From positions 51,021,821 through 51,078,942 of the forward strand of contig NC_068985.1 of assembly GCF_001194135.2 (NCBI RefSeq): a DNA stretch of 57,122 nt. The letters are read 5' to 3'. Below are positions 1-10,914 of the stretch, piece after piece; within the stretch, counting starts at the first letter, position 1, and each line of letters opens with the position of its first letter. Source of the stretch: Octopus bimaculoides (lineage: Eukaryota). The position numbers and the translations under genes were made by a program. Under the pieces are notes generated by a model. That model was not told the DNA's origin and ran no database searches. It was given only the letters and a program-made list of their open reading frames with translations.

Positions 1-29
1 TATATATATATATATATATATATATATGC

Positions 30-230
30 AGGGGTCAAATAAGGACAGACAAAGGGATTAAGTTGATCACATCGGCCCTAGTGCATAACTAGTACTTATT
101 TAATCGACCCTGAAAAGGATGAAAGGCAAAGTTGATCTCAGCAGAATTTGAACTCAGAATGTAACGGCAGATGAAATATCGCTAAACATTTCGTCCGGGG
201 TGCTAACGGTGCTGCCAGCTCGCTGCCCTT
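30..230 (-). mobile_element. tRNA-derived SINE (family A)
   Basis: Reverse complement begins ggcagcgagctggcagcaccgttagc...ctgagttcaaattctgctgag (A/B-box-like). The same sequence recurs many times in the window. Confidence 0.8.
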
Positions 231-282
231 TTTTAGAGAGCCAACGAGGTAACAACTCACCCGTTATATATATATATATATA

Positions 283-1080
283 TCATTGTCATCATTGTTT
301 AACATCCGCTTTCAATATTGCCATGGGTTGGACGGTTTGAGTGAGGGCTCACAAGGCAGAAGGCTGCACCAGGCTCCAATCTGAATTGGCAAAGTTTCTA
401 CAGCTGGATGCCTCTTCCTGAAGCCAACCACCCTAAGAGTGTAGTCGGTGCTTTTTACATGCCACCAGAATGGGAACCAGTCAGGTGGAGCTGGCAATGA
501 CCACACTTGAATGGTGGTTTTTATGTTCCACCTTCACTGGAGCCAGTCAGGTGGCACTGGCATTGACCACACTTGAAAGGTGCTGTTTACGTGCCACCGG
601 CACAGGTGCCAATCAGGTGGTACTGTCATCGGGCACGACAATGACTTCACTTGACTCAACAGGTCTTCGCAAGCACAGTTTATTGGCCAATGATTGAAGG
701 GTACTCTTAAATGGGTTGGTTACGCTGCACCGGCATAGGCCATGGTTACCTCACTTGGCTTGCCGGGTCTTCTCAAGTGCAGCATATCTCCAAAGGTCTC
801 AATCACTTGTTATCACCTCCGTGAGGCTTAACGTTCGAAGGTCGTGCCTCACCACCTCATCCTGAGTCTACCTCTTTCACAGGTTCCCTCTACTGCCAGG
901 GTGTGACACTTTTTCACATAGCTGTACTCATCCATACGCAATACATGACCATACCAGCTCAGTTCTCTCTGTTGTGCACCACATCGGATGCTTTTTATGG
1001 CCAACTTGTCTCTCAGGGCGCTTACACTTTGTCCTGTATGCACACTGACATTACACATTCCAGCAGAGCATACTAGCTTA
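283..1080 (-). mobile_element. RTE-clade LINE, 5'-truncated (ORF C-terminus, 3' UTR and GAT-type tail)
   Basis: Translates MCNVSVH...LRDKL...WYGHVLRMDE...VEGTCERGR, as in the 9676-10020 copy. Shares the cagctggatgcc UTR and ends in a tcatcat tail. Confidence 0.88.
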
Positions 1081-1090
1081 TATATATGTA

Positions 1091-1154
<64 letters not shown>

Positions 1155-2002
1155 GTTTGTCAGTGGGCTAAGAGTGTATAGTTGTTAGATCTGGTTCAGA
1201 AGACCTACGTATGGTTAAGGGCATTCTAGTCATCATTATCCAGTCTGTCTTTTTCCAATTATCTAGGACAATATTATCCAATGTATTCCCTCCGCACACA
1301 CACACGCTCCAACAGAGCAATGCAATACGTTAATGTGAATAAATAAATCACTAATACAGATTAACCTACTGAAAATTTGACATATTGACAATGACATCTA
1401 ACATTAATCACCCGAAAATGATGATAGTGACGACCTTCTAAACACGACTATTTCAGTTTTCATTCATTTGTAAGATACAGAAAAATGAAATGTAACATCT
1501 GGCACGAGTGTTTTATATTTATAATAATAATATTCAATTTTTTTCACTCCTTCGACGTTGGTCCTAGAATACAATAAGATTGGGTGGCATTCAGACAAAT
1601 GATAACATTTTATTGAAGTGAAATTAGAGTGAAATCAAAACCAGCACGTACACTCGATTCACTCTCAAGTCCTACTTTTGCACTACCACGTCTCACATGC
1701 ATTTGTGTTAAACATTGAAAATAAGATAAAAGAAATTAGGTTTGAAATTTAAGCAAGTAATGTTGGTAACATACAGCAATCAGGAAGATAAAAAAAACAG
1801 AATCAAATTGTATTAGAGACACCCAAAGTTAATTTTTCTAAACATTTTTTTTTTCTTTCAGCTTACCGAAATTTTCAATTTATAAATATAACAAAAATGA
1901 CCCCTTCTATTTTTAAGAGATTGCAATTTCAGAAATGAATAGGTAAATTAAACATTTACAATTCATTTTTAAAGTTTTGCAACATAGATTTGGTATACTT
2001 AC

Positions 2003-2742
2003 TTAGCTCCGGATTCTTCGAAAAGCTTCGCCCATTCAGCAGGATTGAAAAACTCAGCCTTAAACATTGGTGCAAAATCGGTGTATCGGAAATCATGTGC
2101 ATAATTATTAGCCATATACCTTCGGACACTTCTGAAGTTAGCAATGTTGTGAGTCGAATCGTGACCATTTTCAGCAAGGTAGTACCAGAACCATTCGGCA
2201 AGTCCACCCTGGCCGACCTCGACGAAACTAGGCACAGAATAGACTCCCCAGTGAATGAATATTCCAATTTTCGCTTCATCGTACCATCTGGGAAGAGGAC
2301 GAGAATCTAAAGAGTCCCAATCAGCTTTATAAATTTTACCAGGGCGAGAGTTAACCTTTCCACTCACCTGAAAACCATGTTTTTGTACCCTGTTTTCTAA
2401 ATCATATGGCGAGTGTTTCTTTTGCTGCATACGGTCTAATAATTTAGATTTAGTATCTATTGTATCAGCGTTTCCAGCTCGTCCAATTTCAGAAGACTGA
2501 AGTGAAATGTGTACTGTTTCACCAGGGTAATTTTCGTTGTTCTGTTTTGGTTGCTTCATTTGAACCACCACATTGTTTTCGATGTTACGAAGGACGGGTT
2601 CATGCATATATCCTTCTTTGCGAACATTATTTGACGACCCCAGCATACAAGGGTAGAATATAAAGATTTCAGAAATGATGAACAGAGACTGAAATAGGAT
2701 AAAACCTGTCCGGGATATGAGAAAGGCTTTTAACCGAGGCAT
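2003..2742 (-). CDS. FUCA: Alpha-L-fucosidase (GH29), first coding exon; gene continues towards and beyond the window start
   Basis: ORF reads YKADWDSLDSRPLPRWYDEAKIGIFIHWGVYSVPSF...FKAEFFNPAEWAKLFEESGAK, the N-terminal GH29 signature. It has a hydrophobic N-terminus. Donor AA|GTAAGT at 2003/2002 (phase 2). Confidence 0.93.
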
Positions 2743-3823
2743 CTTTTTTTTTCTTGAATGGGTGATGGCGGTGTTTTTGATGTTTGTTGTTTGTTTATTT
2801 AATCATAAAAGAGAGGAAGTGGAGAAAGTGAAACAAGGTAAAGGGAGATAATTAAGTTTACCTGTAGATTATGGCTACATTTAAAACGAGGAAGCGTAAC
2901 AACTCACCTTAAGTAACAATAACTTACTTTGTTGAAACGGTACACATTTCATTGCGATACTTAATAATATCCAGTTATTATGTTGAAGTTTCCCGGGAAT
3001 AATTAGAAGAATTTTACTCTTTCTTTCATAAGCATGATTAGCTGGAATATCAAGTGTGCTGTACGAAATATTTTAGACTTGGTAGCGCCAAGTCCAAATG
3101 CTACGTCTTAAGTTATTTTATACCATCTGGGTCTATTAAAATAAATGCAACATGTATATAAGAGTCAGTGAAATTAACTATACCGCTCCTCCTCTCCAAA
3201 TTGATGGATTCTATCAATACATGACATTTTCTTTATGATAATACCGTTCCTGTAATAACGTATGAGCTAGTCGTTATTTGTTTTCAAATCTAATAATGCA
3301 TACGTAGTCTCAACTTTCTTTTTGGTTAGTCTAATCAATATTTGAAGAGTTACCTACTTTCTTCAAGTGCCAAATTTTCTGGGGATTAGGTTGCATTGCC
3401 AGTAGCGAACATTGGTACCTTAGGTAGCAAAAATGTGCTCCGCATCTCCATTGCTGTTAGAATTGGAATGCTGCATGTGGAGGAATGAAATGTCTATGTG
3501 CAAACCCCTCAATTCCGAATGTTTTCGTAGATTGTCATGTCAGCAGTGTGCTGGTCGTTTCGCTTACTACATACACTGAGCTAAATCGAACACGCTCTAG
3601 CCAGAGATAATATTCATTCAATTCTTAAGCCAATGAGATTTTTCAGGGATGAAAGAGACCCGACGGGCTTCTTTTTTTTACCTTTGTGGCACTACTGTTA
3701 GTGATTCTTTTGCTCCGTTTCACATCCCAAATGCTGCAGCAGAGGTGGGAGCCACTGCGACTAAGCCAAACAGAATTGGAGGCATTCGAAATGTTCGTTA
3801 AAATCGGGCCGCTGACAACGAGG

Positions 3824-3831
3824 TTTTATAT
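3824..3831 (-). promoter_or_regulatory. Candidate TATA box (TATAAAA) upstream of the fucosidase gene
   Basis: Minus-strand TATATAAAA in a locally CpG-richer, repeat-free segment ~1.1 kb upstream of the ATG. Motif match only. Confidence 0.2.
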
Positions 3832-4859
3832 AATCGCTAGGTGACACTCATAAATGAACTTGGCTGTTCCAGTGCCTCTCACTTCTTAATACACGGTATT
3901 ACAGTATTTGGGATTAAATTTTTTTATGAGAACATGCGAGTGAGTGTGTTTGTCCATTTTACTCGTTATTACTGTTCCCTTTCTTAGATTTGTTCCATGA
4001 ATTATATAGGGTGGGGGTTCAAAATGAGGTGTTTTTACTGCATTTTTGATTTTGGGGACAAAATTCATTTTTTGCAAATGTTCACTACCTTAAAAACCTA
4101 TATCAGCTAAGCAAATGGCCTTCCCTAAATCCATTATAACATAATTGGGTCACTATTTCAGAAAATTATTGTAGTTCTCTTTGAGCATATAAAAGACAAA
4201 TTTGGCTGGGACAAAATGAGTAAGCCAAGATAAGGTAAATTTGCCGCTTCAGTTCTCCAGAATACAGACTCATACACATTAATATCCATCCTTAGACATC
4301 AGAAAGATGAGAAATGCAAAAAAAAAAAAAAAAAAAAGGTTAAATGAAAGAGGGTCAGGGAAAAATGACACATGATATGAAATTAAGTAAACTCAACTAA
4401 ATAAATAAAAAAACTCAACATTAAATATTATCTCCAGCTGCTTGAAGATCGGTTGGAATGTCCTCTTCATGATATATTTACTCACCTTGCAGTGAAATAA
4501 CACATTACTCATTTTGCCCCCCCCCCTTTTTTTTTTGAAACTTGAAAAATTGACTTGGAATCTAACAGAGAAAAAATTATCTAGATACTGGTTGTAGCTT
4601 CATAGTCTCCATTGTAGCTGTCCATGTCATGTCATACGGCCTTTACAAGCTTTGAGCAGCATTCATGACATTGGCATTTTGATATCCAGTGTAAATCACC
4701 ATGATACAAATAAGTCTTCCAGTATTCAGATGTCTTTCAGTCCTTCATGTCAGCTAACTTTTTCTCAATTACGTGAATCTTTATGTTCTGTAACATCATT
4801 GATTGTTCACCAATACATTGAGCTATTCCTGAGAAAAAGGAGATGTGCAAAGCAATTTA

Positions 4860-6116
4860 TACAAGGGTTGGCTGAAAAGTTCGAGGCTGACCAAGATACT
4901 CTTAGAGAATGTGACCAAGAAAGTCTTTTTTTCCAATATAATTCCCCTTGCGGTCCACTTACCTCTCCCAATGGTGTTGCTTGGATTCTATTGGTGAAGA
5001 AGCTTTCATCCTGTTGGTCAAAGATGTCATCAGCAGTAGATATATCATCACTGTAATACTGGTTCCCAGCCAAGTGTTTATTCATGCTGGGGAACAGACT
5101 AGATGGGATCAAATCAAGAGAATAAGGGTGGCGGGTGATCAACCAGTTCAAAGCCAAGCACACACAGCGGCCATTGAAACCAAGGACTTACATGGAGTAT
5201 TGTCCTGACAAAACAAGATCCCTTTTGTCAGTTTTCCTGGGCATTTGGTCCTGATAGCCTTTTGTAACTGCCTCAGCAAGTTGGCATAGTACTCTTCATT
5301 GGTGATGTGGCTCTTTTGAAAATAGTCAATGAACACAATGCTTTTTGCATCCCAAAAAACTGAGATCATCACCTTCCTTGCAGATGAAACAGCCATCTTT
5401 GGAGCTGGTGAGGTAGTTTCCACTGCATGGATTGTCTCGTTGTCTGTGGCTCAAAGTGATGAATCCAACACTCATCCTAGTTGAGGAAATGTTCAAGGAA
5501 ACCAGCTGGATCTGCCTCAAACAACATCAGATTTTCTCGTGACATGATCAGCCTGGTGCGTTTTTGATCAGGTGTTAGAAGAGATGGCACCCACTGAGTA
5601 GAAACCTTCATCGTGCTAAGTTCATTGTGCAGAATATTCACAACTCTCACAGCATATTCTAATAATATTGGCTATTTAATTTAAATAACCACCTGTCATC
5701 TATCACCATATCATGAATACAATCAATGCTTCCCTTGGTGGTAGCAGTTGATGGACATCCGTCTTCACGATTCTCCCTTCCCCTCCAACATTCAGCTGCC
5801 CACTTTTGCCCCGTTGATAAAGCTGGAGCATCATTCCCTAATGTAGCAGCCATGTCAACATAAATGTTCTTGTGGGCTAAACCCTTTTTCCGCAAATATT
5901 CAACAACAATGTGATGCCAAATTTTGTTGATTTTTTAAGTGAAGTCACTACTAGTTACTTTTGAAGTATTCTTTGAGCAGTCAGATGTCAGCTTACCTAG
6001 CAAGAAACAATGTAATTATTAATAAGAAGAGTTGAAACTAATGCATGCAAGATTTCACAGCTCTAGCATCACCCTTTCATAGATGGCCTATGAACTTTTT
6101 TCCTCACCTTCATGTA
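4860..6116 (-). mobile_element. Decayed mariner transposon (irritans/Himar1-like), ~1.26 kb
   Basis: Fragmented transposase: KVMISVFWDAKSIVFIDY, ILFCQDN, HPYSLDLIPS (YSPDLAP motif), N-terminal KKGL...KWAAECWRGRENREDG. TIR TA|CAAGGGTTGGCTGAAAAGTTC at 4860, with a degenerate inverted copy ending ~6116. Multiple frameshifts and stops. Confidence 0.9.
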
Positions 6117-6159
6117 TATATATACACACATATATATTAAAGATAGTTATGGCCAATCC

Positions 6160-6224
6160 ATGGGGTTACCTTGGATTTCACGTCCATAAAGCGCTTAGCT
6201 TTACAGCGTTTCTTCAGACCTTAA
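6160..6224 (-). ncRNA. Degenerate type I hammerhead motif (inverted copy)
   Basis: Minus strand: taaggt CTGAAGA a acgctgtaaagc taagc gctttatggacgt GAAA tccaag GTA acccca. Core intact; stem I has 2 mismatches. Confidence 0.55.
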
Positions 6225-6640
6225 TGGCCGTGTGTACTTATATANNNNNNNNNNNNNNNNNNNNNNNNNNNNNNNNNNNNNNNNNNNNNNNNNNNNNNNN
6301 NNNNNNNNNNNNNNNNNNNNNNNNNNNNNNNNNNNNNNNNNNNNNNNNNNNNNNNNNNNNNNNNNNNNNNNNNNNNNNNNNNNNNNATATATATATATAT
6401 ATATACGCAGGCGCATACACACGTAAATGTATGTCTACCCAGTCAGCTGGCAGATCCATTAGGGCCTGACGAGACGTAACGTAAAACGCCTGGGACGCGC
6501 AAACTGACTGGATGGATTCCAGATCGTGGTCTAAGGGAGATAATCCCTTGCGCTTTACTTCTCTTCGTCTGTGCATTCAAAAACCAGCCACGGGACCTTT
6601 CCTCTTTCATTTTGAAGATAGGCTAAAAGCCACCGACCAT

Positions 6641-6704
6641 TAGGGTCTGACGAGATATATGTAAAGCTAAGCGCTTTATGGACGTGAAACCATGAGTAAC
6701 CCTA
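6641..6704 (+). ncRNA. Type I hammerhead ribozyme motif (best-preserved copy)
   Basis: TAGGGT (stem I) - CTGACGA - stem II containing TAAAGC/GCTTTA - GAAA - C catga G - TA (GUA cleavage triplet 6696-6698) - ACCCTA (perfect complement of stem I). Confidence 0.75.
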
Positions 6705-6856
6705 TGAACCGGCCATTACTATCTTTCTCTATATACTCTACTGTTCTACAACTTAGAGTGTGCTTCTCTTTCGGGTTTATGATTTACTTATGATATATAT
6801 ATATATAGATAGATGAATATATATAACTCAAATATTTACCTCTATTTAACCATTTC

Positions 6857-6914
6857 ACATCGTCTCTGCTGAAGGGATATCCGTAATATCCCAGAAACAT
6901 CTGTACGACTATAT
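6857..6914 (+). ncRNA. Degenerate type I hammerhead motif of a second family
   Basis: acatcgtct CTGCTGA a GGGATAT ccgta ATATCCC a GAAAC atct GTA cgactatat. Perfect 7-bp stem II, one core substitution (CTGCTGA for CTGATGA), partial stem I. Confidence 0.55.
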
Positions 6915-7014
6915 CTATATCTTTTCCCTTGTAAATGTCCTGAAAACTCACAGCCTTGGCTTTGTTATATCATTTTGTCTAATATATATATGTATATGTA
7001 TATATATATATGTT

Positions 7015-7050
<36 letters not shown>

Positions 7051-7534
7051 NNNNNNNNNNNNNNNNNNNNNNNNNNNNNNNNNNNNNNNNNNNNNNNNNN
7101 NNNNNNNNNNNNNNNNNNNNNNNNNNNNNNNNNNNNNNNNNNNNNNNNNNNNNNNNNNNNNNNNNNNNNNNNNNNNNNNNNNNNNNNNNNNNNNNNNNNN
7201 NNNNNNNNNNNNNNNNNNNNNNNNNNNNNNNNNNNNNNNNNNNNNNNNNNNNNNNNNNNNNNNNNNNNNNNNNNNNNNNNNNNNNNNNNNNNNNNNNNNN
7301 NNNNNNNNNNNNNNNNNNNNNNNNNNNNNNNNNNNNNNNNNAATAAAAAATAATAATAATAAGGCAGAATGCTAAACTGAAAGCATATTTTAATAGAGAT
7401 GTGTATAAGGAGGATTAAAAAGTATTTCTAACCGGTTTTCATTGCACGGCAAATTTTCAAGAAGAGGCAAAAGGAAAATAATGTTTTTTACAACAAAAAT
7501 TTAAAATATATAAAAAATAAACATACCAATACAT

Positions 7535-7570
<36 letters not shown>

Positions 7571-7579
7571 TATATATAT

Positions 7580-7865
7580 AGGTGTAGGCATGGTTGCATG
7601 GTGAGGAGTTTGCTTCCCAACCACATGGGCATGTGTTTTCTACTATGGCCCCAGGCTGACCAAACCCATATGAATGAACTTGTAAAAGAAAACTAAAAGC
7701 TCATCCTATCTACAGATATGTATATGTGTGTTTCTTTGTGTTTGTCCCTACCACATCACTTGACAAATGGTGTTGGTTTGTTTATGTCCCTGTAACTTAG
7801 CAATTCAGCATGAGTGAATGACAGAATAAATACTAGACTTAAAATGTTAAGTACTGGGGTCAATG
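7580..7865 (+). mobile_element. tRNA-derived SINE (family B)
   Basis: ggtgtaggcatggttgcatggtgaggagtttgcttcccaaccacatgg...actggggtc. Homologous copies at 22746-22910(-), 26997-27112(-), 45543-45700(+), 54790-54895(-), 56790-57000(-). Confidence 0.75.
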
Positions 7866-8509
7866 ATCGAAACAAGTAAAAGAATAATATGACCATTGCT
7901 TGTTAATGTGCTTGGTTGATGATGAGCAGTTTTTTTTACAACAGTGATCACAAAAGTCTGTTTTCAACTAAATGCAATGCTGAAAGCTTTTTTTTTTTTT
8001 TTTTAAATGTGTTTTAGGTCAGCCACCATACATGTATAACCCAAAGAGTACATTAAAGACTACACAATCTAAGAATAAATTTCTCAAAAGATATCAAGAA
8101 ATTAACACAGTTAAGTGTACCATCTGCGTTAATAAGCAATACCTGTGCATGGATATCTATAACGAAAAGAAGATATGGCTTGCACAGCACCACAGTCTTA
8201 CTTGGCCATATGTAAAATCACCAAAAAACAAAGCAATGCCGAGATCAAAAACACACTAAATAAAACATAAATAAAAAGTGGCACCCGCCAAATCAGAAAG
8301 ATCCCAGCTATGTATTTATTCTAGTAACCTTCTCTTAGACAAACTTCCTTTACCATGACTAAGGGGCGCAAATCTCCTCATCATTCAGGGAACTTACAGG
8401 GCAATCAGACACCATCTCTAATACTTCTAAGTGTCTGTACACTATTGCTGCATGACTATTGACTCTACACTGGGTTCATCTGTCTTTTGTCAAATTTTGT
8501 TGGAGATGT

Positions 8510-10560
8510 CACTATGAAAGGTTGCTAAATGAAGAGAATGAATAGGAGAAAGAGAGTCTGCCGAATGTTGATCCAACAGAGGGACCAGCTATCCAAATTG
8601 ACAGTACCTTGGTAGATAAAGCAATTAAGGGTATGAAGATTGGGAAAGCCCCTATCCCATCAGGAATCAGGGCAGAGATGCTTAAAATATCTGGTGGTGT
8701 TGGCTATAATCTAGTCACCCGTATAGTCAATCAGGTGATATATGAAGGAGTCATACCCAATGACTGGTGTAGCAGCATCATAGTCAACTGCTACAAAGGT
8801 AAAGGTGATGCATTAGACATGAATAATTGCAGAGGTATCCAGTTGTTGGATCAGGTAGTNNNNNNNNNNNNNNNNNNNNNNNNNNNNNNNNNNNNNNNNN
8901 NNNNNNNNNNNNNNNNNNNNNNNNNNNNNNNNNNNNNNNNNNNNNNNNNNNNNNNNNNNNNNNNNNNNNNNNNNNNNNNNNNNNNNNNNNNNNNNNNNNN
9001 NNNNNNNNNNNNNNNNNNNNNNNNNNNNNNNNNNNNNNNNNNNNNNNNNNNNNNNNNNNNNNNNNNNNNNNNNNNNNNNNNNNNNNNNNNNNNNNNNNNN
9101 NNNNNNNNNNNNNNNNNNNNNNNNNNNNNNNNNNNNNNNNNNNNNNNNNNNNNNNNNNNNNNNNNNNNNNNNNNNNNNNNNNNNNNNNNNNNNNNNNNNN
9201 NNNNNNNNNNNNNNNNNNNNNNNNNNNNNNNNNNNNNNNNNNNNNNNNNNNNNNNNNNNNNNNNNNNNNNNNNNNNNNNNNNNNNNNNNNNNNNNNNNNN
9301 NNNNNNNNNNNNNNNNNNNNNNNNNNNNNNNNNNNNNNNNNNNNNNNNNNNNNNNNNNNNNNNNNNNNNNNNNNNNNNNNNNNNNNNNNNNNNNNNNNNN
9401 NNNNNNNNNNNNNNNNNNNNNNNNNNNNNNNNNNNNNNNNNNNNNNNNNNNNNNNNNNNNNNNNNNNNNNNNNNNNNNNNNNNNNNNNNNNNNNNNNNNN
9501 NNNNNNNNNNNNNNNNNNNNNNNNNNNNNNNNNNNNNNNNNNNNNNNNNNNNNNNNNNNNNNNNNNNNNNNNNNNNNNNNNNNNNNNNNNNNNNNNNNNN
9601 NNNNNNNNNNNNNNNNNNNNNNNNNNNNNNNNNNNNNNNNNNNNNNNNNNNNNNNNNNNNNNNNNNNNNNNNNNNNTACATGGCAGTGAAACATGGGCCA
9701 TGACTGCTGAGAACATGTGTAAGCCTGCAAGGAATGAAGCTAGTATGCTTCGCTGGATGTGTAATGTTAGTGTGCATACACAACAGAGTGTAAGCACCCT
9801 GAGAGAAAAGTTGGACATAAGCATCAGATGTGGTGTGCAACAAAGACTGTGCTGGTATGGTCATGTGTTGCATATGGATGAGGACAGCTGTGTGAAAAAG
9901 AGTCATACCCTAGCAGTAGAGGGAACCTGTGGAAGAGGTAGACCCAGGAAGATCTGGGATGAGGTGGTGAAGCATGACCTTCGAATGTTGGGCCTCACGG
10001 AGGCGATAACAAGTGGCTGAGACCTTTGGAGATATGCTGTGCTTGAGAAGACTTGGAAAATCTAGTGGGACTGTAACCATGGCCTATGACAATGCAGCAT
10101 AACTGGCCCATTCAAGAGTACCCTTCAATCATTGGTCAATAAACTGTGCTTGCAAACACCTCTTGAGTAAAGTGAAGTCATTGTCATGGCCAATGACAAT
10201 ACCGCCTGATCGGCACCCATGCTGGTGGAATGTAAAAAGTACCATTCGAGTGTGATCATTGCCAGTACTGCCTAACTGGCTCCCATACCACTGGCTTGTA
10301 AAAAGCACCATTCAAGCACGGTCAGTGCCAGTGCTGGCCCCGTGATGGTGGCATGTAAAAAGCACCATTCAAGCATTGTCGTTGCCAGTGCCACCTGACT
10401 GGCTCTGACTCCTATGCTGGTGGGACGTAAAAAGCACCCATTACACTCTCGGAGTGGTTGGAGTTAGGAAGGGCATCCAGCTGTAGACACTTTGCCAAAT
10501 CAGATTGGAGTTTGGTGCAGCCTTCTGGCTTGCCAGCATGGATAGCAGATGATGATGATG
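8510..10560 (+). mobile_element. RTE-clade LINE, truncated (RT region, 3' UTR and GAT tail), spanning an N-gap
   Basis: KAIKGMKIGKAP...IPNDWCSSIIVNCYKGKGDALDMNNCRGIQLL before the gap. HGSETWAM...WYGHVLHMDE...GRGRPRKIWDEVVKHDL after the gap. Tail gatgatgatgatg at ~10548-10560. Confidence 0.92.
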
Positions 10561-10914
10561 TTCTACTAGATTTCTAGCACTCTCCTCATCAGGATAGCTT
10601 AGAGAAGTTGCTGATTTAGTCACCAATGACCCAACCATATAACAGGTTGTACTAGATTACATATTACCAATAGCATTTATATACATGTACCTACATATTT
10701 GTATGTGTGTGTGTGTGAACTGGACGGAACTATATATATATATATATATATATGCTCTTACTACTACTACTCTACTTTGCATTTTTTGATCTGGGACCTT
10801 TGACAAGGTACCACACTGTAATTTGTTAGGCACTAAGGAACTAGGTTTACATGAACTGCTTGTAAGAAGTGATGAATGTGTTAACAAGGAGTTTAAGTTA
10901 TGTAGTGTGTTCAG

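Larger units (their letters stand above)
6139..6726. repeat. ~90-bp inverted repeat (6139-6227 / 6637-6726) carrying hammerhead-like cores; Penelope-pLTR or retrozyme-like element
   Basis: The arms share the identical core ttcacgtccataaagcgcttagctttaca in opposite orientation. Flanked by (TA)n; an N-gap lies inside. Confidence 0.85.

Noticed and set aside
30-230. A/B-box sequences suggesting tRNA genes
   Set aside because: Many diverged copies with SINE bodies and no cloverleaf; these are tRNA-derived SINEs.
1990-2310. Plus-strand and alternative-frame ORFs overlapping the fucosidase exon (likewise those over eEF2K exons, e.g. 42837-43094, 29065-29262)
   Set aside because: Antisense shadows of real coding exons with no independent homology.
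3650-3680. Hairpin (aaagag-a-ccc-gac-ggg-c-ttcttt) followed by a T-tract, like a bacterial intrinsic terminator
   Set aside because: Eukaryotic context, short stem and no upstream RNA gene recognisable; likely chance.
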